Shown: one piece after another, positions 38,519 through 52,544 of the stretch
How positions within the stretch are numbered: the first letter of the stretch is position 1
Layout: every line of letters starts with the position of its first letter
Assembly: GCA_951406725.2 (NCBI GenBank)
Contig: OX597821.1
Coordinates: 61,132,001 to 61,196,000, forward strand
Direction of reading: 5' to 3'
DNA length: 64,000 nt
Source: Octopus vulgaris
Lineage: Eukaryota
Made by a program: the position numbers and the translations under genes
Notes under the pieces: model-generated
What the model was told of the DNA's origin: nothing
Databases searched by the model: none
What the model saw: the letters and a program-made list of their open reading frames with translations, nothing else

Positions 38519-38656
38519 CATCGAAAAATACCTCAGGAATGAGAACCCAGGTTCGAAATTTCCACAAACGATGTGTTAACAACAAACAAGATGAGGATAA
38601 ATATCAGTCGAATGTAAATAATATACGTAATTCCTCATCTCTTAAATATAGAACTG
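38238..38656. mobile_element. Inverted pair of Penelope-type repeats around a (TTA)/(TAA) spacer
   Basis: 38238-38385 (minus) and 38515-38656 (plus) share TCGAAAAAT...GGAATGAGAACCCAGG.TCGAAATTTCC and TGTGTTAACAACAA.CAAGATGA.GA.AAATATC. Confidence 0.8.
38289..38334 (-). ncRNA. Minimal hammerhead ribozyme motif (one core mismatch)
   Basis: GACAC-CTGACGAA-GGCTG-loop-CAGCC-GAAG-CGTT-GTGTT; the canonical GAAA reads GAAG. Confidence 0.6.
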
Positions 38657-38889
38657 TAATGTGTTTGTGCTGCACATTTGCTCACTTCCTCCATGAAATC
38701 AACATAACCTCTACATGAGCATAAGTTTGCCACATGTCATTTGTCAAAAGGATAGCAAAGGAACATGAAATGAGTTGATTTGATCAAGAACATAAAACGC
38801 TACCCGTTCAAGGAATCGATCCGCGATCTACAGATCGCGAATGCAACATCCTAACCGCTAGGTTACTTATATTAATCCGTGTAATGAAT

Positions 38890-39032
38890 AAGGCAGCGAG
38901 GTGGCAGAACCGTTAGCCCGTTAAAAACATCCTTTCGAGGCGGATGAGATAAGTCTTTTGAAGTCTGGGGTCAAAGTAATCGACTTAATCCTCTCCTGAA
39001 ATTGCTGGCATTGTGCCAAACTTTGAAACCAA
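38890..39032 (+). mobile_element. Internally deleted SINE family B copy
   Basis: AGGCAGCGAGGTGGCAGAACCGTTAGC...GTAATCGACTTAATCC...GTGCCAAACTTTGAAACC. Confidence 0.7.
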
Positions 39033-40859
39033 TATTTATTCAGCGTCGACTTATAATAGACACGTTAATAAGCAAAGCCAAAGTTGGTGCGGTTCGAACA
39101 CTTTCAGTTTTAGTTACAGACGAAGAGCTGTAACTAAATAACGGATGGATTGTATCCGCTATTCTAATGCTTTTCATAGTTATCTCACTCGCAGAATTAT
39201 CAGTAATAATAATGCGAAAAATAAATTATATTCACAAAATCAGTATTTACGAGTTAACATTAACTAAATATCTAACTAACCTACTAGTGGATTGTTAGAA
39301 CCTCTATAGACAACTAGCTACCAATGTATTTTCTATGCAAATAAATAAAAGTTGAACGATGCCCCGGGAGAGAACACATATTTTGGAACAGTAAATACAT
39401 AAATGAATCGATGTGCCTGCTATATGTGATATAGTTCTGGTGTCATACGCTAACCCACTCAGCAGTTGTAGCTTTGTAAGTACACACTATATTCACATGC
39501 ATATTTGTATAGTGCAGCAATTAGAGAGAGGTTAAGAGAACAAAGAGAGAAATAACTGCCTCTCAGAGGCTGTGTGTATGACTATAATAAATATTTACAA
39601 CTAAGCAGCAATGATATCTGTTGGATAATTTCTACAATAATGTTAGTTTTTCCGCTGCACAGCACCGCATGTATCGATCTTCCTCAACACTCATTGTCTT
39701 GATAACATTTCTATTCTTAGATTTAGACACGTTTGCTTATAAGCTGTTGGTACGCTGTTGGCTCTTAATATGTCAGCTACATGCCTGAATATATACTGTG
39801 CCGATATATCTAAGTCTGTCTGGCTGCATGTATGAGTGTATATATGTGTGTGTATGCATGTATGCACGTAGATAGGATACACACACACACATACACACAC
39901 ATATATATATATACATGTCTATACATCTATCAGTTTATCTATATATAAATACACAGATAAAATGTATAATATATATCATAAATAGCTGCATATAATGCAT
40001 ATATATATATGTATGTACGTGTGTTTATCTGTGTGTATATATATATATATATATATAGATATATATGGATATGTCTATCTGAATATATATATATATATAT
40101 ATAGTTTTATATGGATATATATATGTATGAGTGCATGTATGGAGACACACAATCATATGTAGTGTGTGTGTGCGCGTTGGTTATGGAGACTTTGAACATT
40201 GTAGCTTCAATGTGTCCCTGAAGGTGATCAGGATAATGTCTTTGTATCGCGGAACTCTGTAATTTGTTGGGTATATATTTGCATAGTTCATACGCTGCCA
40301 CGTTTGTAAATATATATTTGAGAGAAGTGACATGACTCACTTATGTTGTAAGCTCATGTTTTGCCTGTACGTCGCATGTATATTTAGAATTGAGAATTGT
40401 ATAGCTACATGTTCTCTTATCTTTCCGTAAATGTTCTTCGATATCACCATATATTAGGCCTGAGTTACTAGCTGACAGGAAGCAAAGCATAGATAATACT
40501 GGTATAGTCGGTATCAATGCGAATACGGCAATAATATTAGTATCGTTAATAATATAGTATTGTGTTGGTGGTCTTAGAGGCAACAGTAGCACTAGATGTC
40601 ACGATAATATTGGTATTAGTGACATTGTCATTATCGATTTCCGCCAACGATACCCAGTAGTATAATTTCACATTTTCACCTGTTTTGTAAACACTAAATG
40701 ACCTCTCTCTGTCTCTGTCTCTCTCTCTCTCTCTTAGTCTCACACAAAACCTCACTATATACATGCACATGATCAGACAGAAACATACACACACCTATGA
40801 ATATGCATGTAGACTTCGTAACAAACGGAAGGAATAGAACTGAGTATAAAATACTCTGA

Positions 40860-40940
<81 letters not shown>

Positions 40941-42139
40941 TATATATATATATACGTGTATAAATATATATGTATCTATATCTATATCTATCTATATATA
41001 CACTATAATATATAGAGAAATACTAAAGCGATAATTGTGAAATCAAAACAATTTTACTAGTATAATATTTCTATAAGTCACGTGACGCTAGAGTAGTCTT
41101 TTTTTAAAAAAGATATCTAATGTTTTTGAGAAAATATGGGCGTGTTCTCTTATTGTTATTTTGTTCCTACGAAAAGAAAATGTTTTAATATCTGGTAACA
41201 ATATATTTTGATATGTTATAGTAACCATTAAATATGATATTGAAGGCTCATTATAAAGACTTCACAATACTTTCCGAGAAGTCTATGATTTGATAAGGTC
41301 AAAACAAACGCTGAAACGTGTTCAGAGTAGTTTCCGCTAATTGCCAGAAAAGTGAACAAGATATGCATTTTCAATTACTCTCTTATTTTCCTATTGGCAT
41401 ATATATTTCTGTTAGCTTTAACTGTCCTTTGCATATAATGTATATTAAAACTCTAACGTAATTAAAACCCTTACTCTGCCTTTGAATACGATCTAGAAAT
41501 AACTTGAAATGGATTCATTTTGAAACATCTAACTGCTACTTTTAAATCAAAGGTAATGAACATTTGTAACTTAACACCGGTTCTCATCTAATGGCATTTT
41601 GCATAAGTCAAACAGATAATTAAGTGCAATAGCATTATATTGTCCTTTCCAATATATCTACTTTTAGTTATTTTCTAGAAATAACGTCTGCTATATGAAA
41701 TTTTTATGGAAATTACTGAAGACGGTAAGGACTCATATACATTTATATATCTTTACGACAATATAAACTTCTTTTGATTAAGGTATCTTTTGCTTGACGA
41801 GTATCTAGCGGATTATCCCTAGTTTGGATAATTATTACTTTCGAGATTCTACTAGCTATGAAACATATGTATCCTGCATTTAATCTGCTCCGTTCCCTAA
41901 TTCTGAAATCCTATTCAAATGAACAGTGCCCCCTGCTGCTAACCGTAAGCTATAAAACAATTTTTCCAGATAATCGAAATTCGATACGGGAAGAATTTAC
42001 AACCTTCTACGTCAATAAACCGTTATTACTCCTGAATTTATTATTTTTTATAGGTTCTTTGGATTACTCGAAACCTATCTTCCTACACGTTGATCCTTGA
42101 ATCTTAACATTACATACATACACACACACATATATATAT

Positions 42140-42372
42140 ATATGTTTGTGTGTGTGTGTGTGTATGTTGGTGTGTCTGTATTTGTCCCCCAGTATCGCTT
42201 GACAACCGATGATGGTGTGTTTATGTCTCCGTAACCTAGCGGTTCGGCAAAAAGGTCTTACAGAATAAGTACTGGTCTTACAATGAATAAGTCCTGGCGT
42301 GGATTTGCTCGACTAAAGGCGGTGCCCAGCATAGCCACAGTCAAATGACTGAAACATGTAAAAGAATAAAAA
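42140..42372 (+). mobile_element. 3' half of SINE family A
   Basis: TTTGTCCCCC..ATCGCTTGACAACCGAT...GCTCGACTAAAGGCGGTG...TGACTGAAAC. Confidence 0.82.
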
Positions 42373-42431
42373 AAATAGAGAATATATATATACATACACG
42401 CACCCCCTCCCCCATATATATATATATATAT

Positions 42432-42870
42432 AGCGAGAATTTACAAAAAAACCACTGACGAAGACGGGTGTGTAAACAACAAACATATGTATTAATTTAA
42501 CGCTAGGGAAGTGAGAAAGTCATTTGTTTCGAGCCTTCGCTCTTCCTCAGAAAGGAACACAGCAATAAACAATGAGAGAAAAAAAAAGGTTTAGAGGCTA
42601 GCTATATATCAAGGCGAATGCTGGACAGAGGGGTCATTAAGGAGAGCTAGGAAGAAGAGGAGATAATAAAGCTGTGGTGATACCCAAAACAAAGGTGCGC
42701 GTGTATGTGTATATAAGAGCATTACGTGGTTGTGGGAGGGGGCTGGTGACCTTGTCGTGTGCGTGTGTGCATGTATAGGTGTGTGGATGATACTGTGGGT
42801 GCTGAGAAGTGGACAGTGCTAGTGTGTGCGGGGTGGTGTGATGTGGTGTGGTGTGGTATGGTGGTGTGTT
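42432..42870 (-). mobile_element. Penelope-like terminal repeat remnant with hammerhead motif
   Basis: Minus strand CCTTT-CTGAGGAA-GAGC-GAAG-GCTC-GAAAC (42526-42555); homologous to 18783-19215. Confidence 0.6.
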
Positions 42871-42975
42871 CTTTGCGTTCTTGTTATTTGTCTGAAATTT
42901 TAGTGCTTCATAAAGAAAAAATCGATTATTATTATTATTATTATTGTTGTTGTTATTGTTGTTGTTGTTGTTGTT

Positions 42976-45400
42976 GCCTTTGCACAGCTTATAACGCTGG
43001 AGATGTATTACAGTGTCAGCTGTTCACTACCAGTGAACTAAGGTAATATCTCTTATTTTTCGATCACCTTCCGGAGTATTCGAGCGGTTCGAAGCAGTGC
43101 TGTTTTCTGCGAGTGCGCCACAATTATTGCAGTTCCTATTTGTTCCACGTAATTCTCGAGATTTTTGCTCACTTTTCCCAGGGCTCCGTTAATTATTGGT
43201 CCTACTGATACCTTTTTTATCGACCTCAACTGGTTAACTTCCCAAGCTAACCTGTCATATCTCTCGACTTTTCTTTCTTCCTTATCGCATATGTTGTTGT
43301 CAGCTGGGCATACTATGTCTATGATCCAACATAGTTTGTTTTCTTTCTCAATTAAGACTATGTCCAGCTTCCTGTTCTCAATCTCATTGCCGCACTGAAT
43401 CATAAAACACCATAGGATCTTTGCATTTCTATTTTCGACAATGCCTTCAGGTGTTTTTGCTCCGCCAAGTCCATACTAGTTGCAATGTGTCCAAAGGACA
43501 AGTCTGGCTACATTGTCGGGGCGTCTCTTTTATGCCTTTTGGGCTAGTAGTGTACACTAGCTGGTAATATGCCAGTGCTTACTCCAATCTCATATCAGCG
43601 CTGAAGGCATATACCGTATCAACGAGGGAACTGACCTGCGCTTCATCTATACCATAAGGTTTGAGATCATCCATGAATAACAAATGGTTGACTTTATATT
43701 GGTGGCTTTTGAATACACACCCAGGTTTAGCTTTCCTCAGAATTAGTGTCAGTGGTATCAAGTACAGTACAAAGATCAGCGGGGACAGGCAGTCCCCTTA
43801 GAAGATGCCTCTCCTAATTTCTACTGTCCCTAAACTTCTTCCGTATGCTGGCAGGTCCGTCCTCCAATTTTTTCCAAGCAATCGCTCGACATTCGATGAA
43901 ATCCCGAACAGGTTTATATACTCTATAATCCAAGAATGTGGGATCATATCGTACGCTTTACGATAGTCAATCCATGACATGGCTAAGTTACTTTTCCTCC
44001 TCTTGCAGTCTCTGCATCTATCAGGAGTTGATCTTTGGTACCTCTGCATTTATGCTTGCAACCCTTCTGCTGATGTCGCAGAACTCCATTTTTCGTAGAT
44101 GTGGCAAACAGGATATCGACTTGTAATTGTTTACCGTTTTGCCGTTTTTTTATGTTTTTCAGGCACAGCACTGTCCTACACAATGTCAACCACTCTGATA
44201 TTCCTTAGTCGACATTTAACAAGGTGTTGAGTTGCGTAGCTATTCGTGCATGATATTCACCAAATCTTTTGCTCCAGTAGCCTTGAACTCCATCTGGTCC
44301 CGGAGCCTTCCAGTTGCTCATTTGTTGCTGATTTCCTTCACTTCTCTAACTGAAATGACTAGTTCTGCCTGTTTTGGATAGACTATTGTGTTTCAGTTCT
44401 TGCAAGCATTCAGTATCCTTCTTGTGCTCCTTGTCTTTGCTCCAGATGTCACTACCAAACCTTTGACTTTCGAGGTTATCTGATATCAACTTTTTATCTG
44501 TACATCCTCCGTTTATTTCATTATAGAATCTATTCTGATCTACTCTGAATAACCTTTTCTGGTGGTAACCCTTCATTCTTACGTATCTTACCATCTTTGC
44601 TTTCTTTGCAACGAGCTGCTGTTTCAGTTCAGCCACTACTACTTACAGGCCCTTTCTTTCAATATTATACTTCCTTTTCAGCGCCCTGTATTTTTGTTCG
44701 CTGTTAAGCTCTCCTTTCTCTATTCGGTCTAAAAGAGACATTTCCATCGAGAGCATGTCTAACCCTGCTCTTTATTCTTCTTTTCCACCATGGATATTTT
44801 TTTTGTCACTCCCATTATGTTTCCTTTTCTTGACATCAACACCCATATTTTCTGCTACAACAATACTTGCAGCCTTGATCAAATTATTTGTTTCTGTGAT
44901 GTTTGTTCTGGTGTATTTCAGAATTTCATTGACACTTGGTTCAAATTCTATCGATCAACCTTTTTAGGGTTGTAAATAATGTCGCTATCGTTCTCCTGTA
45001 GTCTTACCTTCATTCTGTCGTAGATTACCATTTGTTCATCTGTCATGTCACTATTAGCTTTACCGTCTTCTTTTAGCCCATCTATATGTCTCTCATCAAA
45101 TAATCTACCACTGCTCCATTCCTGTGCTATGGGATTACACTTATTAGTAAGAAGTCTACTTTCATTCTTATCTATGCTGCTATTGTCCATGACCCGCCTT
45201 TTGATAGCTTCGAGATCTACTTCTGTGAACCAAAAATTTTTTCTTATTGCCCTAGTTTGATCACATAGTCTCTATTCCATGAGTTGAAATAATCCCTTTT
45301 CTTTCGAATGATCATACATACGCTGTCGGTAACCCCTAATTTGAGCACCATTTTCATCTACCGGGTTGCTCAGGTCGTAACACTCCATGAGCACAGCATT
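42976..45400 (-). mobile_element. R4/Dong-clade (RT + restriction-like endonuclease) non-LTR retrotransposon, degenerate with internal deletion
   Basis: GYRQRM N-terminal motif, RLFRVDQNRFY, GTKDQLLID, WIDYRKAYDMIPHSWI, RRGIF, NHLLFMDDLK, RLE NRKLDIVL..IIDIVCP..K..RY...QKTALLRTARILRKV. Flanked by (TTA/TTG)n at both ends. Confidence 0.9.
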
Positions 45401-45406
45401 ATTGTA

Positions 45407-45464
<58 letters not shown>

Positions 45465-45529
45465 GTAGTAGTAGTAGTAGTAGTATTACTACTACTATTT
45501 TTATTGTTGTTATTATTATTATTATTATT

Positions 45530-46063
45530 CAGGGACAGAGCAATGCATGCCATCAAAGTGACAATGGGGTACAAATATACGAAGTCCAACGTGCTCATTA
45601 TGACTACCAGTATGGTAAGGGTACAACAGACACATGCATCACAACCATATGTGCGCGACATGGTGATCTCATATCAAGATGAACAGCGCATAGACTTGCA
45701 GGTCGTACCGCGATTCAATTTTCGTTGGGTCGAGTAGACATCCTGATCATAAGGTCCCTGAATATGAGTTGTTTAAGGATGTTGAACGAAACACCCATGT
45801 TTCCAGAGGTGAATTATTCAAACCCTCCAAAATTCCTCTAAACATATGGCTCTGATGCTTCTTGATTACATCAGCTCGTCAGCCACCAGGGGACATGCTC
45901 AACTGCTTAAGGTCTAACAACTGACAAGCAAATCTGTGGTACTGAGCAGAATATTTTCTGTAGTCCATCTTTTATACCAAGGCAAAATATGTAAGTGTTA
46001 ACACTTCCAATCAGTTAAGATGAGAAGCCATGAGACCAGTGCTTTATACTGCATCAGGGCATT
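45530..46063 (-). mobile_element. ~530 bp non-coding interspersed element bounded by (TTA)n
   Basis: Second copy at 46175-46482 (shared TGCATGCCATCAAAGTGACA...CACCCATGTTTC.AGAGGTGAATTAT). No ORF and no tRNA head. Confidence 0.75.
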
Positions 46064-46130
46064 TATTATTATTATCATTATTATTATTGTTATTGTTGCT
46101 GTTGTTATTATAATTTTCATCATCATCATG

Positions 46131-46174
<44 letters not shown>

Positions 46175-46175
<1 letters not shown>

Positions 46176-46482
46176 GAGTGAGAAAGAAGTGCATGCCATC
46201 AAAGTGACACTAGGGTAAAATATACGAAGCTCAGTATACCCATCATGACTACCCATCTGATGAGGGTATACCAGGGACTTGTATATCAACCATATATGTG
46301 CGAAATGGTCATCTCATATGACGATAAACAGAGTATGATCTTGCAAGTGGAGTCCCTTTTAGAATTTTCTTCCGATTGAGTAGACATCCCGCATAAATGT
46401 CCCCGAATAAGGGTTGCTTAAGAATGTTGAATGGAACACCCATGTTTCTAGAGGTGAATTATCAAAACCCCAAACAATTCCT
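46175..46482 (-). mobile_element. Truncated second copy of the 45530 element
   Basis: Colinear with 45530-45835 and flanked by (TTA)n on both sides. Confidence 0.8.
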
Positions 46483-46484
46483 AT

Positions 46485-46611
<127 letters not shown>

Positions 46612-46637
46612 TTGGTATTGTTGTTGTTGTTGTTGTT

Positions 46638-46912
46638 TTACCTCTCAGAGCTCTCGGTCTTTTTCGCTCTGGTTGATTCTGTGAGGGCGGACAGTAACCT
46701 GTTGCCAGCGGTCTCATATGGTATGTTTCCCCACATTATAAGCTTTGATACTTGGTTGATAATTATCACGGAAGATTCTCAACGTCCAAGTACTAATTTC
46801 TACATCCTAGCTGTCGACAGCTCTCATTTCAATTCCGATTTCTCGAAGCTGATGGTCAGTGCTCCGCCTCTACAACTACACTCGCGAACTTGTTTTTTAG
46901 TGCTCCGATTGC
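46638..46912 (-). mobile_element. Probable 3' end of another R4/Dong-like element
   Basis: Ends ...GAAAAAGACCGAGAGCTCTGAGAGGTAAAA(CAA)n on the minus strand and shares GAAAAAGACCGA with the neighbouring R4 3' UTR. Confidence 0.45.
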
Positions 46913-46914
46913 CA

Positions 46915-47235
46915 CTTATTATTATTTAGTTTGACTCAGGTTCGGTCTTTTTCTAGGCAGGAATTACGTGGATAGTGGGTTACTATCTGTAACCTTAGGT
47001 ATTCACAAGTTTTCTGCAATCTTTCAAGTGCTTAGAAACATCCTGATAATAATTGCTGTCCCCAAGAGGCAAACTTTCTCTAGGAGCTCTACCGGGGAGT
47101 CTACTTCAATTTTCTTCAGACATTTTGGCGTACTATTCACAAGGTACCAATTATTATAGGCACGACTTTTACAGTTCGGATGATCCAAATTCTTCCTACT
47201 TCAAATGTTACGGTACCAAATTCTTCCTGTTTCAA
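46915..47235 (-). mobile_element. 3' end of an R4/Dong-like element (RLE C-terminus + 3' UTR)
   Basis: FEVGRIWIIRTVKVVPIIIGTL...VELLEKVCLLGTAIIIRMFL*, homologous to the end of ORF 43053-43403; flanked by (TTA)n. Confidence 0.78.
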
Positions 47236-47249
47236 ATTTATTATTGTTA

Positions 47250-47314
<65 letters not shown>

Positions 47315-48292
47315 GTCGTTGTTGTTGTTGTTGTTCTTCTTCTTCTTTTTCTTCTTATTATTATAATTCTTCTTCTTATTATTATTATTAAGAAGTTTGA
47401 AAGATAGCATGTAGGACAAAAGATAGCATGTCGTAAGCATGTCGGACAAAAAGGCTTAGCATAATTTCTTCCGTCCGTTTACCTTCTGATTGCAAATTCT
47501 GCTGAGGTCCACTTTGCTTTTAACTCTGCAATCGATGTAATCGAATGGCCCCCACACCTATTATTACCGAACTTCTGCCAAAAATTTTCAACCATTGTTA
47601 GTATTATTTGATTGAAGAAAAGCAGAATTACTAGAAAGTCGGATTAAATGAGATCTTCTGGTTCGTCCCGTATTGAGTTCGAATTCCACTGATATGAACT
47701 TATCATATACTCGTTTCGGTGTGAATAGAATATAAATTAAAGAACCAGTGAATCGCTGGAGTTGATGCAATCAATTCTCTCGTTCGAATTTCCAGTCTTC
47801 TATCTATCTTGGAAACATCATTAGTAACATAATATTCTAATAAAAAAAATCAAATGTATATTACTTTGGTATATATCTAGTGGATAACAGAGCGAATGTA
47901 ATATCTAAATATCAAAGCAAACAATTGCGTATGTTTTCTCAATGATTTTAGTAGATACGCAGACAAATATAGAGATAGGTGATTCCATATAAGGTTTTTC
48001 GAAAGCAAGTTTATTTTGATTGATTTGGTAAATCAAATGTTTAATCAGTATTGATTTCTGATAGCAACGATGTCTGGACAACTGCGCAGCTGGGGTATTC
48101 TACAAATTTCTCATACTTTTATTGTCCCAAGAGAAGATGTTATTGATGGAAGGAGTTATTGCAGCAAATAATCAGGGATTATATATGGTTTTTACATTAT
48201 CTCTGTGCATTGGCAGTTTAACAATTTGCTGTAATGAAGATATATGACTACGTCTCACAATCACGTTAATAGTGGGCACACGCAGACACACA

Positions 48293-48340
<48 letters not shown>

Positions 48341-48717
48341 AACAAACATACAGACAGGCATTCCCACTACACAGACTTATATACACATAGACATGTACAC
48401 GTACAATTACGTAGAAACACATACATATATTACAAGATAGTATACGAATATGAAACGTGAAGCAAATTCACACGCATGCACATAGAGATTCTCTTGCACG
48501 CAGCACTAACACACAGACACATACACACACAAAGCCACATACTACATACACGCGCCCACGCACACACACACACACAAACACACACAAACACAGACATACA
48601 CTTATAAACATTTTACATAAAATAGAAATAAATACGGTAATGACATCCATACAAAACAGTAAGACTTATTAAAGGCAATGAATTATAGACGAAATTGCAC
48701 GCGCACACATGCAATCA

Positions 48718-48719
<2 letters not shown>

Positions 48720-48816
<97 letters not shown>

Positions 48817-49032
48817 ATATATATATTATATCATATTATATATATATATATATAAATACATATATATATTACATTATATTATATTATATTATATTATATA
48901 TATATATGTATGTATATATATATGTATATATAAATATATGTGTGTGTGTGATTGCATGTATATGTGTATACTTTCACTTTGGGTGTATATATACATATAT
49001 ATATATATATGTACATATATATATGTGTGTGT
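48720..49032. repeat. Long imperfect (TA)n microsatellite
   Basis: Read directly. Confidence 0.92.
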
Positions 49033-52000
49033 GCGTAAAGAGCTGGTAAGGAAAGTTAGTAAGAGTGAGTTCAATAAGTTGTAGAAAAAGATGGCAAACT
49101 TTACAGATGAACATACATCATTGCCTACTAAATTAAATCTCCTCAGATACAAATAAATCGCAAACGGGTTGCTACCTGTTTCCTTGAACTATTCAGATAT
49201 ATAGATCGGCGATACTCACACACTCTCTCTCTCTCACACACACACACCGACATATACTTACTTAGATAGGTTTTGAGTAGAATTGGCGCTGGCCCCCAGT
49301 AAGTGAATACCAACATTTGGAGAAGGCATTTAAATAACGTTTCATATTATAGGTCATTCGAGTAAAGAGGTATTGTTCACAGAGATAAATCCGCGTTTAG
49401 GGGTTTTAAACGGGAATTTCTTGAGGGTATTCATCCAGGAACTATTTGAATATTATTAGAACTTCTTTTCACTCATGCATCTTGACATGCTGTTAAAGAG
49501 AGGAGGAGGGCCAGTTGAGGTGAAATAATTCTGTCTTTGTGTTTTTCTGTTAAACGAGTGTGATTTGGCACCGGTTCCAAGCATTGGGTGAATTTTAAAT
49601 TTGATTCCAACATCATATGGACATTACTGGTGGAATATTATGCATACTAACACACACATACATAAACACACAACTAGATAGCTACATACATATATACATG
49701 CAGACATATATCCATGTGTGTATTTATCTTATTCTTGAACTGCAGGCATGTTGGGATACCGTCTTGAATGGTTTAAAAATACCATTCAACCTTATGTTAT
49801 CTTGCATTTGTGATGTAAATCTGTTTTAGTTTTGGTCATGAGAATTGTTATAATGCCGTTACCTTCTAGGTTACGTTTCCTTACTGCATAATAAATTTAA
49901 TCCCCACATGTGCATATTCTGTCTATAAGCCGAATATGAGTGATTTAAAGGGTAATTGTCAGTTGGTAGATATCTTTAGAAAGCCTAGTGAAAACAGGGA
50001 CTTCCTCGTATCATTGTCTGGAATGCTAACTTATGAACTTTATTATATAATTTACAAAATTCTGACGTAAGTAGATACTTTGAATTTTGTTTGTCATATC
50101 TACTATTTTATAATTACATATGAAAATCCTTTCATATTTGATCATTAAAGGGAAGAAATTTTGACAAAATTACCAAAGTACCTATCATTATAAATAGATT
50201 AAGACTGGAATATCCTCCTGCTAATTCAAAGTAAACATGTCTGAATATAAGTTACAGACATAAAAAGGAACAAAGGTTAGTGATAAATTCAAATTTTCAA
50301 CCAAACGCAAAATTGTTGATTAACACCACAAAAAAACAAAAGTATATTTATACTGCTGGCTGCTCACCAAGTCTACCAATTTCATACTATTAGAAGTCTC
50401 TGCATGGTTAACTCAGAAATAAAGATCAAAGCTACACAATACAATTAATAGTCATTGAAATTTTACATAGTAGACGACTGCATTGCTGTAGTTTTTGGTG
50501 TTTATTTGGAGTGGAGGTGGCCTCTTTGGTCATATGATGAATGATCACTATGGTTTAAATCATTTATTATTTAGCTGGTTTAGTTTTTGAAGAATCGGTA
50601 AATGAATACTTGTGTTAGTTAAGTACTCAGGGACGATATCAAACCGCCGCAGTTTTTTCTTTGTTTAAAGATTATGTCTCATGATCTGTTTTTCTGTCTC
50701 CTTGGTTGTAAAGTTTCAAAAGATGTGTATTTATATGCATACAAAGTCACAGACACAGGAAAACCTACACACACAGTCCTTACCTGTGTGTGAGCGCGCG
50801 AGGAAGTTGTAGTCACTGTCAAGCTATTTTTTGTGTTTAATCTATAACATATTAATTGAATTTATTATTAAATGAAGTTCTAGAGTCTAATAGAAACAGT
50901 GGCAGTAGTAGCGAGATTAGTTGCACCTGTAGCAACATTAGTAGCAGTAGCTAAGATGTTACACAAACTTACTGTCTAACTACTGCTTAAATCTCTGCAG
51001 AATTCTCACAGTCCTAAACCGATGATGTAATCTCTTGATTGCAATCTTTTTATACATACCGACTGAGTGTATTACACTGTAATAAGGAAATGAATTGGAT
51101 TCTACTGTAAAAATGATTACCAGTTATTATTAGTCAAACACACACAGACACACACACGCCTACACACCCATAATGCGCGCTCGCGCACACACAGACACGT
51201 ACACACAGATACGCACAAAGACATTTACTAAATCATCTACATATGTAAGAGCAATCTAGATATATGTTTGATTTGGAATCGAACGAGCTCAGAAGCAACC
51301 CACAAAAGCAGCTGACGTATAATATATAAGAGAAGATTAACAAACAAAAAAATAGAATAAAAATAAAAACGAAACACAAAATGCAAATTAAAACTATAAA
51401 AAGAAGTAGCTAACTCATCTTACATTAAATGAAATGAGTTACTGCATCATTTCATTTAAAATTTCATTAGAAGTAAGAATACCAATGAAGCAGAACAAAT
51501 AAAGATTATAACCATTGGGTGCAGATTGATTAAAATACACAATCCTCAATGAAAAGAACATTCTAGAGAATTTAATTCCAATTCTCATTAACCTATTTTC
51601 CAGCTGCATGGAAGGGAAGAGGAAAAAATAAATATTTCTTTGATAGAATGATGCACAGAATAAAACAATATTTCAAGCCAAAAAACAACAACAACAAAAA
51701 ACAAAAATAAAAAACAACAAAAAACAATATTGATAATAACTAGAAAAGAATACCGACCTATTTCTATAAATGTTAAGGCTGGCGTTTCGCTAGTTCAAAC
51801 GGTAGGAATATCTAAGCGTCAGCATTCAGATAGGTAAGGGCAAAATAACGTAACAGAGTTGTTGCTATACAGAAATCTATCAGAGGGAACTGTCATTGAT
51901 GGTTAGGAAACAATATTGAAATACAAGATGTTATAACTCTGGTCGACTATGTGCTAATCAGCAGAAATTAAAAATCAACAAGAATGTCACTATTTTGTTG

Positions 52001-52544
52001 AAGGTTCCCTTAGTGACAGCTGCTAAGGTTTTCTCAAATTATCTATCTGATTTTAAGAAAAGATTATAAAAAGTGACAGTTGGAAAGCTCTTAATAATAA
52101 TTATCAGAGGGCTAAATAACAACACCAACGACACAATGCTAACACTATTATAAATATAGGGGAATATGATACATGGTAGGCAGCAAACCAGAATCAATAT
52201 TTCAACGGCAGCTGGAAGCGAAACATTTTTTTACCATCCTTTCTGTTAAATACCAGAAATCACCAGATTTACAAGATGCTTAATTGTTTATCAGTATACA
52301 TACTCTAAAACATGATGGTTACAAGCATAGCGATCAATAGTAAATATATGGACAATCTATAATCCATCTCATATATATAGATATATATTTACGAAAGTCA
52401 ATTTATAGGCTGAAAAGTGTAGCAGATGTTATATTTTCTCCCATATTGACTGAGAGTAAACGGTCCCGAAATTGTAGTATTTTTTCGAATTGTTATTTCC
52501 ATCGTAATTCGATACCATCGTCCATGCAATGAGATGACGTTTCA

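Noticed and set aside
46257-46280. CTGATGAG motif as a hammerhead core
   Set aside because: No downstream stem II-GAAA arrangement, and the other copy of the element has ATGGTAAG at this position.
51425-51459. 13-bp perfect hairpin TTAAATGAAATGA/TCATTTCATTTAA (similar short hairpins at 15174-15199 and 39109-39136)
   Set aside because: AT-rich and too short for a pre-miRNA; expected from local template switching or chance.
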